In this document: positions 28,351 through 36,962 of the stretch, piece by piece
Position numbering within the stretch: the stretch's first letter is position 1
Layout: each line of letters opens with the position of its first letter
Origin: a virus
Strand: one strand, 5' to 3'
Length of the DNA stretch: 64,000 nt
Virus record (IMG/VR): IMGVR_UViG_3300042503_001430
Coordinates: 23,584-87,583 of that record
Notes under the pieces: model-generated
Seen by the model: only the letters and a program-made list of their open reading frames with translations
Told to the model about the DNA's origin: nothing
The model's database searches: none
Made by a program: the position numbers and the translations under genes

Positions 28351-28522
28351 TACTAACAAGCCAAACGAGCAGATCGAAGCACAAGCAATTCACCTGTTAG
28401 ATGAAATTAACAAACTTCTCTGCAAGCATTTCAAAGAGTTGTTGCCACAGGTCTATAAAGATCCAAAGAAGAAGACTAAGATTTCAGTTGTTCCAATCAC
28501 TCCAGAAGACCTTGAAGAATAG
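28253..28522 (+). CDS. Hypothetical protein
   Basis: ORF overlapping the low-complexity tail of the previous gene. Confidence 0.5.
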   Translation: MAKKNSQQKQLTTQQAPPLRAMVKLHELILTFDTNKPNEQIEAQAIHLLDEINKLLCKHFKELLPQVYKDPKKKTKISVVPITPEDLEE

Positions 28523-28581
28523 TTTGGATACTTCGGTTTTGTAGCCATAAATAAAATAGGCTATAAACACGTAGGTACCGA

Positions 28582-29211
28582 ATGAATTTACTACTTTCAG
28601 CACTCGTCTCTCTCGTCAGAGTATCTGTAAAAATCTTCTTTGCAGTGCTACCCTCCGTTTTGGTTCTTGCAGTATTGACTCAGCCAGAGATTTTGATGAA
28701 TCGTGGTGTCTCGGTAATTAGCAAGACTGACCATGTAGCTATTCACGAGTTGTTTCCAAACTCTTCATGGAATGACCTTGAGCCATGCGGTAAGTATTTC
28801 GATGAGCTAGAAGAGTTTCGCAAAGCTCGACAGTGCGTAAATGATAACGTGTGGTCGGATAGACCTCTCACCTCTAACGAGCTAGATTTTCCTATTCCTC
28901 GCTGCTACATCGTGAAAGCACACGGCCCTAATGTTCTCTCAAAAGATGGAATCAACTTCATACCAATATTTGATGGTATGGGTGTGGGTGCTATTGTTGG
29001 TGTTTATCAACCAGAGACGCATACCGTGTATGTTGTAGAGAACGTAGACGCACCTATGGTGTATCGTCACGAACTTCAGCACTACTTCTTACATGAGCAT
29101 GACCCAGAAACTTCGGGTGGTGGTCATCACCAGCCTATTTGGCAAAAGTGTGAACCTCCATATTACACACCTTCAAAGAAGGCTGAAGCTCTCGGCAAGA
29201 AAGAAGATTAG
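28582..29211 (+). CDS. Membrane-anchored HEXXH metallopeptidase-like protein
   Basis: Hydrophobic N-terminus; YRHELQH...GGGH; late promoter at 28547. Confidence 0.55.
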   Translation: MNLLLSALVSLVRVSVKIFFAVLPSVLVLAVLTQPEILMNRGVSVISKTDHVAIHELFPNSSWNDLEPCGKYFDELEEFRKARQCVNDNVWSDRPLTSNELDFPIPRCYIVKAHGPNVLSKDGINFIPIFDGMGVGAIVGVYQPETHTVYVVENVDAPMVYRHELQHYFLHEHDPETSGGGHHQPIWQKCEPPYYTPSKKAEALGKKED

Positions 29212-29409
29212 CTCTTCTTTTTGGATCTAGGCTTTTTTGTGGATTTCTCTTCCTTTTTCGTGGATATTGGAAGTGGTCCAGCATTACAAGCCTTTATCAA
29301 TCCAAGCTTGAACAATACTTGACAGATCAGACACTTAATTCGCTTCTTAATATTCATACTTACCCATAAAGTTGTTTGTGTGTCGCACACAGTGTGATAT
29401 ACTATATGT

Positions 29410-29994
29410 ATGAATATTTTCTACCTTTCTTCTGACCCCGTACAAGCTGCACGTTACCACCTCGACAAGCACGTTGTAAAAATGATACTTGAGACCGCAC
29501 AACTTCTCAGTACCGCACATCGTATGCTCGACGGCGTGCAGACTCAAGTTTCCAAAACCACCAAGACTGGTAAGCAGAAGACAGTCAAGCGTTACATACT
29601 CGCAAACCCTCTACACAACGAGATTGTCTACAGTGCTACGCATATCAACCATCCGTGCGCCATCTGGTGTCGTGAGAACATAAATAACTATATGTGGTTA
29701 TATGAGCTTTTCGTGGCGCTGTGTGACGAATATACTTACCGCTACGGCAAAAAACATAGGTCTGACATCTTACTGCGTGACATTCTCAAGTCGCCGCCGA
29801 CCAGCATTTCTCACGCACCATTTACACCACCAGCACAAGCGATGCCTGACCGATACAAACATGCTGACCCTGTTGTTGCGTATCAGCAATATTACATCGG
29901 CGAAAAATACAGATTTGCCAGATACACAAAACGCCCACGTCCTGCTTGGTTCAAAGTCACCGATTATCATGGGGGTGAACATGCCAACGTATGA
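29410..29994 (+). CDS. Pyrimidine-dimer DNA glycosylase (DenV/EndoV-like family)
   Basis: MNIFYL...DKHVVKMILETAQLLS, THINHPC..W, EYTYRYGKKH, QAMPD. Confidence 0.85.
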   Translation: MNIFYLSSDPVQAARYHLDKHVVKMILETAQLLSTAHRMLDGVQTQVSKTTKTGKQKTVKRYILANPLHNEIVYSATHINHPCAIWCRENINNYMWLYELFVALCDEYTYRYGKKHRSDILLRDILKSPPTSISHAPFTPPAQAMPDRYKHADPVVAYQQYYIGEKYRFARYTKRPRPAWFKVTDYHGGEHANV

Positions 29995-30241
29995 TTATAC
30001 TTGCTCTAAGTGTGGTCACACATTTGAACGAATCTGTCGAATCGCTAACAGGCTCGATGCAGAACAGGAACCGTGTCCTGGCTGTAACGATAAATGTTGT
30101 GTGAGTTTGACGATCAACACACCTTCTCTTGTAAGTCCGTTTCGAGTTGATGGTTTAGTTAAACCGAAGGGTGACTTCAAAGAACGTATGCAACAGATCA
30201 AATCAAAATCGGGTAGAAAAAACACTATTAAGGATTACTAA
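29981..30241 (+). CDS. FmdB-family zinc-ribbon protein
   Basis: MPTYDYTCSKCG...CPGC. Confidence 0.8.
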   Translation: MPTYDYTCSKCGHTFERICRIANRLDAEQEPCPGCNDKCCVSLTINTPSLVSPFRVDGLVKPKGDFKERMQQIKSKSGRKNTIKDY

Positions 30242-30244
30242 TCC

Positions 30245-31015
30245 ATGGGCAAACGGTCCAGCAGAAAAAACGCACATCACGAGCCGCAAGAAGAGACAGT
30301 TTTTGAGGAGATAGTAGATCCTTATCGCCGACAGAAAAAGCTACTCAAGCACAATTTTCCGTTAGGTCAGATTACTCCATTAACTGACAATCAAGAAGCT
30401 GCGTTTCATGCAAATGGTTCTGCAAAGAATCTCGTTCTGTATGGTGTTGCTGGCACAGGTAAAACATTTCTTGCGTCTTATTTCGCACTCAGTGATCTTG
30501 TTGCGGGTCATGCAAAACGAATCATCATTGTTCGAAGTGCAGTGACAACACGTGATCAAGGTTTCTTACCAGGTACGCTTCAAGAAAAAATGGCTATGTA
30601 CGAAGCGCCATATCGTGAAGTGTTTGCTGAATTGTGTGGTGGTAGACGTGATGTCTATGATGTTCTCAAGAAGAAAGACTACCTTGAGTTCATGTCAACA
30701 TCATTCATTCGAGGTGTCACATTCGATGATGCAATTATCATCGTAGATGAAATTCAGAACCTCACCGATCATGAAGTCAATTCTGTGTTGACTCGTGTTG
30801 GTAAAAATACTCGTGTCATTCTTTGTGGTGACACACGACAGAACGATCTTAAAATGACGGGCAAGAAGAATCAAGAAACTGGTATGCCAGGTCTGCTGTC
30901 GGTTGCGAGAGCGATGAACAGTTTTGCGCTCGTCGAGTTCGGTGTGAAAGATATTGTGCGCTCTGGTTTCGTCAAAGAGTACATCATCACACGCATCAAT
31001 CTTGGACTCGATTGA
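30245..31015 (+). CDS. phoH: PhoH-family ATPase
   Basis: GVAGTGKT, GFLPG, FIRGVTF, DEIQN, CGDTRQND, DIVRSG. Confidence 0.95.
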   Translation: MGKRSSRKNAHHEPQEETVFEEIVDPYRRQKKLLKHNFPLGQITPLTDNQEAAFHANGSAKNLVLYGVAGTGKTFLASYFALSDLVAGHAKRIIIVRSAVTTRDQGFLPGTLQEKMAMYEAPYREVFAELCGGRRDVYDVLKKKDYLEFMSTSFIRGVTFDDAIIIVDEIQNLTDHEVNSVLTRVGKNTRVILCGDTRQNDLKMTGKKNQETGMPGLLSVARAMNSFALVEFGVKDIVRSGFVKEYIITRINLGLD

Positions 31016-31097
31016 TTCTGAAAGAACGATAAAATCTTGCTTTTTCGTTTCATTTTGTGTACATTATGAAAGCAGTATTCATTAAAGGTGATTGAAC

Positions 31098-31547
31098 ATG
31101 GCAAAGAACACAAAGAAGACAGAGGGTGTAAAGCACGACCAGCAGAAAATCCGTTGGGACTTGATTCCATACGATGCAGTCAATGAGATTGCTAAAGTAC
31201 TCACTTTCGGTGCAGCGAAGTATGAAGCACGAAATTGGGAAAAGGGTATGGATTGGTCACGTGCGTTCGGTGCACTACAACGCCACCTCACTCGATGGTT
31301 TCATGGTCAAGATAAAGACAAAGAGACCAAACTCACTCACTTAGCAAATGCTGGTTGTTGCTTGTTCTTTCTACTCTCATGGGAGCTTCGTCAAGTTGGT
31401 AATGACGACCGACCGAAGTTAGATCCAAAACTTCTTGAGCACATGGATGATACAGAATTCATGCAAAATGTATTCGAACTTCTCAAGCAGGTAAACCAGC
31501 AACAATCCACAGAAGACGAAGAAGTTGCAGAGAACCTTCCAAACTAG
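31098..31547 (+). CDS. dATP/dGTP diphosphohydrolase-like (DUF5664) protein
   Basis: GVKHDQQKIRWDLIP...VLTFGAAKY..RNWEKG...RH...D.ETKLTHLANA. Confidence 0.85.
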   Translation: MAKNTKKTEGVKHDQQKIRWDLIPYDAVNEIAKVLTFGAAKYEARNWEKGMDWSRAFGALQRHLTRWFHGQDKDKETKLTHLANAGCCLFFLLSWELRQVGNDDRPKLDPKLLEHMDDTEFMQNVFELLKQVNQQQSTEDEEVAENLPN

Positions 31548-31560
31548 GTTCATGTAAATA

Positions 31561-31589
31561 TTGACAATCACATAAATCTTGTGTATACT
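31561..31589 (+). promoter_or_regulatory. Near-consensus sigma70 promoter for tmRNA
   Basis: TTGACA-17-TATACT. Confidence 0.85.
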
Positions 31590-31597
31590 GGTTTTAC

Positions 31598-31985
31598 GGG
31601 CCTGCGTAGTTTCGACAAGCTGTAGGAACTAGCCTCTCCCACAACACGATGATGGTTCTTGGCATCGTAATAAATGAACCACCGTTTAAGTGCAAACTTC
31701 AACGACTCTGCTTACGCCTTAGCTGCATAAGCCGTGGTGTGTAACTGTTCTGCTAGTTACGTTACACACTGCGAAACTCAAACTAGCGGTGCTCACGGAT
31801 AACCGTTCGTAACGTGAGGGTAAAACCTAATCTTGGAGCGGGAATAGTGGCTACCCACTACCGACATGACTTAGAGGTGTTTGATCTGTAAAGTCTGAGG
31901 TCTATTAATTGATCAACCTATTGTTGTAAACGGAACTAGAGAACACAGCTTGAACAACGGGTGCGACTCCCGTTCAGGTCCACCA
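31598..31985 (+). ncRNA. ssrA: tmRNA
   Basis: 5' GGGCCTG pairs with 3' CAGGTCC-ACCA (G3:U wobble); TTCGAC after D-like region; T-arm ACGGG-TGCGACT-CCCGT; tag ORF 31692-31730 ANFNDSAYALAA*. Confidence 0.95.
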
Positions 31986-32004
31986 ATTTGTCATAAATAG
32001 TAAC

Positions 32005-32095
32005 GGGTTTGTCACTAGGAAGTGTTTTTACCGTTTCCTGCTGCGAATCTGACTCCGAAGCGGAACGGTGCCAGGAGTTAGAAGTGACAAGCCCA
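32005..32095 (+). ncRNA. Unassigned ~90-nt structured RNA
   Basis: 12-bp terminal stem GGGTTTGTCACT/AGTGACAAGCCC enclosing two hairpins; starts 5 nt after late promoter 31993-31999. Confidence 0.65.
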
Positions 32096-32105
32096 CTTGA
32101 ATATT

Positions 32106-32960
32106 ATGAAAAACTTTTCAGAATTTCTAACAGAATCAATACTCGACCCCGAACAAGCTACCTTGTCGCCACAGGTGTTTGATGCAGACGGTACGAAGCT
32201 CAAGCCTGAAGTTCGCACTCAAATCATCGCAGGTATCTCGAAGCTTGCTGATAAAGCTAACGTGGTAGACTACACACTCATTGGTAGCATACTCACGAAG
32301 CGATATGCACCAGACTCAGATATTGATGTGAACATTCTTATCAACACCAAGCAGAGTCAGATTGATGATATTCGCTCGTTAGCTGTCAGTCTCAGTGGCA
32401 AAACCATCACCGGCACAAAACACCCAATCAACTACCACGTCTTAGCAGACAAAACAGATTTTGATAATGCAAACGAATCTGCTGATGGTGTGTTTGACAT
32501 CAGCAACAATACGTTCATACGAAAACCAACCGAAAAGCCATTTCACATCGAGAAGTACTTCGGTGAATTCAAGAATGTTGTCTCTAAGATTGACGCACTC
32601 AAAGACGATTTGAAAGATGACTTGATTGACTACTCGGTGTTGAAAGCATTCTCAGAAGAAGACATGACGAACCTTCGCAAGATGATTGAGAAAGAGCTTG
32701 ATGAGATTGAGAGTGATGTGAAGGGTCTTTCTGCACTCTATGACAAAATCTGGAAAGACAGAAACGCAGGGTTTCAGAAGAAGCTTACGCCCAAAGAGAT
32801 TCGAGAATATGGCACCAAGAATCGACTACCAGGTAATGTCATCTACAAGTTGCTTGAGCGTCACCACTACCTTCAATTTTTACATCAGGTAGAAGAGATT
32901 GTAGCAGACGGCAAAGTTTCTGAAAAAGAAGCTGATAAATTGATTGACATTGTTTTCTAG
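32106..32960 (+). CDS. CTS-bearing Pol-beta-superfamily nucleotidyltransferase
   Basis: MKNFSEFLTES; IGS...SDIDV, INYH; C-terminal GNVIYKLL. Confidence 0.75.
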   Translation: MKNFSEFLTESILDPEQATLSPQVFDADGTKLKPEVRTQIIAGISKLADKANVVDYTLIGSILTKRYAPDSDIDVNILINTKQSQIDDIRSLAVSLSGKTITGTKHPINYHVLADKTDFDNANESADGVFDISNNTFIRKPTEKPFHIEKYFGEFKNVVSKIDALKDDLKDDLIDYSVLKAFSEEDMTNLRKMIEKELDEIESDVKGLSALYDKIWKDRNAGFQKKLTPKEIREYGTKNRLPGNVIYKLLERHHYLQFLHQVEEIVADGKVSEKEADKLIDIVF

Positions 32961-33184
32961 TGTGGTATCGTATGTCGATGCGAATGGTATTTCCATTTTT
33001 AGTTGTGATTTCTATCTTTGTGGGTCTATTCTTGTTGGGTAGGTTCGCAACGAAAAAGCACATTAATACAATAAATTGCATTTCTATGTGTGGTGATGGT
33101 GTTTGTGGATACAACATAATGTGTGAGTATCCACCCTGCGGGTGTTCAGAAAATGCTGTCGTATGTCCACGGGATTGTCATTAA
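32960..33184 (+). CDS. Small membrane protein with Cys-rich CGDGVC...E...CPRDC repeat
   Basis: TM plus Cys motif. Confidence 0.55.
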   Translation: MWYRMSMRMVFPFLVVISIFVGLFLLGRFATKKHINTINCISMCGDGVCGYNIMCEYPPCGCSENAVVCPRDCH

Positions 33185-33367
33185 AAAATTTTTGTAGGAC
33201 CATATCCAAACTGCTAAATAGTACGCATCAAAGTAGCAGCCCTACTTCGACCGACATGAAACTGGTAGCGCAATAAACGGTTTCTACCTTCGGAAGATTT
33301 AGGATTCTGGCTTTGTGTTATAAAGTCGCTCTGTCGAGCGCAAATGGAAAATTGAGCTATGGCGCAT

Positions 33368-33440
33368 CTGCACCTGACGAGCCCAGAAGGGCGAAACAGA
33401 GCGTAGACACGGCAACTATCGTGTCACCTCTGTAGTGCAG
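33368..33440 (+). ncRNA. Type I hammerhead ribozyme
   Basis: Stem I CTGCAC/GTGCAG; core CTGACGA; stem II GCCC-AGAA-GGGC; GAAA; stem III ACAGAG/CTCTGT; cleavage triplet GUA (cut 33434/33435). Confidence 0.9.
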
Positions 33441-33446
33441 TACCTC

Positions 33447-34235
33447 TTAAAACGCCAACAGTATCGAATCTGCTTTCAAAGCTTTCTTATCAATGTCAGA
33501 ACTAGACCCACTCTTGAGTGGTGCTATGTTGTAGGGTGACTTCTTTACCTTACCGAAATGCAACGTCATCACGAACTGATATGTACCAGAACCCTTCGCT
33601 TGACATCGAACTCGAATGATAGCACTCGCAGATTTTGCAAAGTCTGGTATTGGTGGTAGGTTATTGTCTTTCAGTGTTTTATTCAGGTCGAGATCATCTC
33701 TGCCGTTGAGGGTGAAAAGGCCATGTGTTCCTATGTTGATGTATGAGCACTTCTTCTTGCTGTAGTATTCGCATATAACACTTGCTGGTACATCAATATG
33801 AATTTCGTTATCTGCTCCAAATTTTTTGATGTCTTTTTCGTATGCGTCTTGTGGCGACTTTGCACCCACAATCTTTTTGCTTCCGTCTTTCTCGTTTTGT
33901 AGACACGGAGTCTTTTTTCTCCAATTCTTTCCTTCTTCACCTCTGCTGTTCATTTGTTGAAGCAGGTTGAACTTTTCTCCGATTGCTTGTAAGAACTCTT
34001 TCTCAACATGACCTTTGTACTCGCCATAATCCCATTTACCATCGACGTACTTCATAACAAGAGAACCAGCAGCAGTGGGTGATATTTTCAATTCACACCC
34101 TGTCGTCTTTTTCTTTTTGGATATTGTGAGGTCTGGCTTATCTCTCGCTGCACCAGCAATTCCACCCGTGGATATTTTGTGCTCTTGTAACGCCTTGTAT
34201 GCGTTCTCTTCGTATTCAAACCCTTTTTGAGCCAT
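33447..34235 (-). CDS. PD-(D/E)XK endonuclease-like protein
   Basis: GFEYE...KPDL...GCELK; SD GAGG upstream. Confidence 0.65.
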   Translation of the reverse strand: MAQKGFEYEENAYKALQEHKISTGGIAGAARDKPDLTISKKKKTTGCELKISPTAAGSLVMKYVDGKWDYGEYKGHVEKEFLQAIGEKFNLLQQMNSRGEEGKNWRKKTPCLQNEKDGSKKIVGAKSPQDAYEKDIKKFGADNEIHIDVPASVICEYYSKKKCSYINIGTHGLFTLNGRDDLDLNKTLKDNNLPPIPDFAKSASAIIRVRCQAKGSGTYQFVMTLHFGKVKKSPYNIAPLKSGSSSDIDKKALKADSILLAF

Positions 34236-34378
34236 TAATTCCTCGTATGATGGTCTTGCACTTTTGGTAGAAATGTGATATTTCTATTTATTTTGGGAAG
34301 CCAAAAAAACGAGTTTTTCCTTGAAATTGTGAATTTTCGTGTTTATTGATATTTTGGGGTAATTTAATAGGAGGTACT

Positions 34379-34732
34379 ATGACACTACTCGAAACCTTTT
34401 TTCCAGAAATCGCTGTGGACCGTCACGACGACTACAACCTAGTTAAGCTGAACGATTCTGAGATGTTGTTAGAATTCTCAGTTCCTGGAATCTCTGAGTC
34501 TGGTGTGGATGTTGAAGTTTGTGGAAACACCCTGACGGTATCTGCAACCAGCGCCGAAGAGAGAGAATACCTGTATAGGGGTCTCAGAAGCTCTACAATC
34601 GACCGTAAGCTCACTTTGCAAGATGACGTTGTGGTGAAGTCAGCAACCGTGAAAAACGGTATTCTTGGAATCACTTTGGAAGTTCAGATTCCAGATGAGA
34701 AGAAGCCACGAAAAATTGCAATTACACACTAA
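34379..34732 (+). CDS. Small heat-shock protein Hsp20
   Basis: YNLVKL...EFSVPG...YLYRGL...ATVKNGILGITL...PDEKKPRKIAI; AGGAGG SD. Confidence 0.92.
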   Translation: MTLLETFFPEIAVDRHDDYNLVKLNDSEMLLEFSVPGISESGVDVEVCGNTLTVSATSAEEREYLYRGLRSSTIDRKLTLQDDVVVKSATVKNGILGITLEVQIPDEKKPRKIAITH

Positions 34733-34818
34733 TGTGTATTTTCCACGATGTCGTTTTTTGGCATCGTGGAGATCAATTAATACTAGACATGAGCTGTCTG
34801 GGTGTATATCATGGTATA

Positions 34819-35694
34819 ATGATCACTAGACCATTATTGGCTGGCACTCTTGAAGATGTTAGCACCCTAAAATTCCCTGTTCTTGCAACACCGAAGCTCG
34901 ATGGTATTCGTGTACTGAAAGTTGATGGCAAAGCAGTCACACGAAAGTTCAAACCAATACCCAACCACCACATTCGCACCCTACTAGAGAAGCACCTGCC
35001 TGACGGTGTAGATGGTGAGGTCATGACACCAGGTACCTTTAATGACATTCAATCAAAAGTCATGTCACATGATGGTGAGCCTGAGTTTACTCTGTATGTG
35101 TTCGACTACGTGAAAGATGACTTGAATAAACCATACAAAGATCGAATTGCTGATATGGTCAAGTCGGTCAAGAACAAAGCACCATTTGTGATAGTTGTTT
35201 TGAAGCCGGTTATGATTACCTCACCAGAAGAGTTGCTTGCGTTTGAGAATGAGTGTTTAGAACAGGGATATGAGGGTGTGATGCTTCGTAACCCCGATAG
35301 TAAATACAAGTGTGGTCGATCAACACTTAAAGAACAGATACTACTGAAGCTCAAGCGATTCTTAGATGCAGAAGCTCGTGTTGTTGGTTTCGAAGAAAAG
35401 ATGCACAACGACAACAAACAAGAGAAAGATGAGTTTGGGTTGAGCAAGCGATCATCAAAGAAAGGTGGTCTACAACCAGCGAACACACTCGGTGCATTAG
35501 TTGTTGAAGACCTCACGACTGGTGTGAAATTTGGGATTGGCTCAGGGTTCGACGATGCGCTCAAGAAAGAGATTTGGACACACCGTGACAAATACCTAAA
35601 CAAACTGGTCAAGTATAAATATCAGTCGGTAGGTCAGAAAGATGCTCCAAGATTTCCGGTATTTCTTGGTTTCCGCAGTGAACTTGACACATAA
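34819..35694 (+). CDS. Compact ATP-dependent DNA ligase
   Basis: KLDGIR, DGEV, YVFD, EGVMLR, LLKLK, GSGF, PRFPVF. Confidence 0.93.
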   Translation: MITRPLLAGTLEDVSTLKFPVLATPKLDGIRVLKVDGKAVTRKFKPIPNHHIRTLLEKHLPDGVDGEVMTPGTFNDIQSKVMSHDGEPEFTLYVFDYVKDDLNKPYKDRIADMVKSVKNKAPFVIVVLKPVMITSPEELLAFENECLEQGYEGVMLRNPDSKYKCGRSTLKEQILLKLKRFLDAEARVVGFEEKMHNDNKQEKDEFGLSKRSSKKGGLQPANTLGALVVEDLTTGVKFGIGSGFDDALKKEIWTHRDKYLNKLVKYKYQSVGQKDAPRFPVFLGFRSELDT

Positions 35695-35795
35695 TTTTCT
35701 TGATTCAACAACCATTTTCGAGTATATTAATTAAGTCGTCTAACAATTAGCACAAGACTTTGTGAGGTCGTGTTCTAACTATAGTAGGAGAAGAG

Positions 35796-36026
35796 ATGAA
35801 GATTGATTTCACAAGTCTTGTCAGAACGCACCTTGGGTTCCCTTCAGAATGGAAAGGCAAGACGCAAGATGGTAAAGACATAACCATCTCGTACCGATGT
35901 GGTAGAACGAAACTCATCGTAGATGAAGTGATTGTCGGTACACTCTCACTCGACCAATTTGATATTGGTGGTTACATGGACGACCATGTATTAAAGAAAC
36001 TGCTTGAAGATAACGGGTATCTATAA
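35796..36026 (+). CDS. Hypothetical protein
   Basis: AGGAG SD; PSEWKGKT.DG...ISYR.G. Confidence 0.65.
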   Translation: MKIDFTSLVRTHLGFPSEWKGKTQDGKDITISYRCGRTKLIVDEVIVGTLSLDQFDIGGYMDDHVLKKLLEDNGYL

Positions 36027-36259
36027 TGGGATTGAAACTTCACACTCAATCGACTTTCTCGAAAGAGATTGAGAAAATTGTCAGAGATCAAAAAGTCACC
36101 TACTTCGAAGCGGTGTGTGACTACATCACAACCAATAATATTGAGCCTGAGACTGTACCTAAGCTTCTTACAGCTCGCATCAAAGAGATCATTGAAGCAG
36201 AAGCTACAGACTTGAACCTCATCAATCGTGGTAAGAAGAGAGCGAAGTTTGTTCTATAG
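36026..36259 (+). CDS. 33: Late transcription coactivator gp33
   Basis: FSKEIEKIV...YFEAV......NIEPETVPKL...KEIIEAEA..LNLI; 33-59-32 synteny. Confidence 0.9.
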   Translation: MGLKLHTQSTFSKEIEKIVRDQKVTYFEAVCDYITTNNIEPETVPKLLTARIKEIIEAEATDLNLINRGKKRAKFVL

Positions 36260-36265
36260 TAACCT

Positions 36266-36901
36266 ATGAACGCTTTCGATGCATATAAGAAGTATGTCGC
36301 TATCAAGCTACATTTTCAAACAGACTACGACTACTTCAAGTTCTCTGGCAAGGTCAAAGCATCAAAAGAGAGTTTCGACAACAGACGAGATAGACGCATT
36401 TTTGAACGTCTCGCAAAGCTCTACGACAGCGACCAGTACGAACTACTACTTGTTGCAAACCTCATAGAAAACGCTGATGTCTGGATTGGCGACATCGCAA
36501 CTGAAGCTGGTAGACAGAAATACCTCAACATGAAAAAGAAGCTTCAGTCATTACAGTACACATTCAAACAAGACATGAGCAGAATTAAAGACGACATCGA
36601 TGGTGGAGTTGTGCCAGATTTCGATTCGATATTCAAGTTGGTGCTCGAAGATGCTTGCTGGCCACATGTTGTATCACTGATGGTACAGCACGACATTTCG
36701 CTAGAGAGCTTTATTGTTATGAACAAGATTTTGAATTTCATGCCAAGAACATCCAAGCACATTACTGATGACTTGGTGTGGCCAGAGATAGCAAAACTCA
36801 TATCCAACTATTCTCCATTTGTGAGAGTGGATCTGAAGCCATTTCGAGCCATCATGAAAAGTACATTTCTTGACAGCGAGCAAAAAAATCTTGATGTGTG
36901 A
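36266..36901 (+). CDS. 59: Helicase loader gp59
   Basis: AYKKYVAIKLHF..DYDYFKF.GK...WIGDI...ISLESF. Confidence 0.92.
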   Translation: MNAFDAYKKYVAIKLHFQTDYDYFKFSGKVKASKESFDNRRDRRIFERLAKLYDSDQYELLLVANLIENADVWIGDIATEAGRQKYLNMKKKLQSLQYTFKQDMSRIKDDIDGGVVPDFDSIFKLVLEDACWPHVVSLMVQHDISLESFIVMNKILNFMPRTSKHITDDLVWPEIAKLISNYSPFVRVDLKPFRAIMKSTFLDSEQKNLDV

Positions 36902-36962
36902 GAATAAATCTGTTATGTTAAACGTACACTACTCGTAGTGAACTTATTTGTATGGAGAAACT

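Noticed and set aside
32005-32095. SRP RNA, tRNA-Sec or simple terminator identity for the 90-nt RNA
   Set aside because: No SRP domain IV motif, no T-loop or UCA anticodon, no U-tract, and it has its own promoter
33255-33275. Mini-ORF MKLVAQ inside the hammerhead-linked RNA
   Set aside because: Six codons, no SD, expected by chance
33327-33403. Alternative type III hammerhead cleaving at the upstream GUC
   Set aside because: Stem III can form but stem I cannot (GAGCGC versus TGCAC); kept only as a possible inhibitory fold
34732-34818. Longer ligase N-terminus given in the track
   Set aside because: Region holds the promoter TAGACA-17-TATCAT; ligase-like sequence starts at MITRPLLA (34819)
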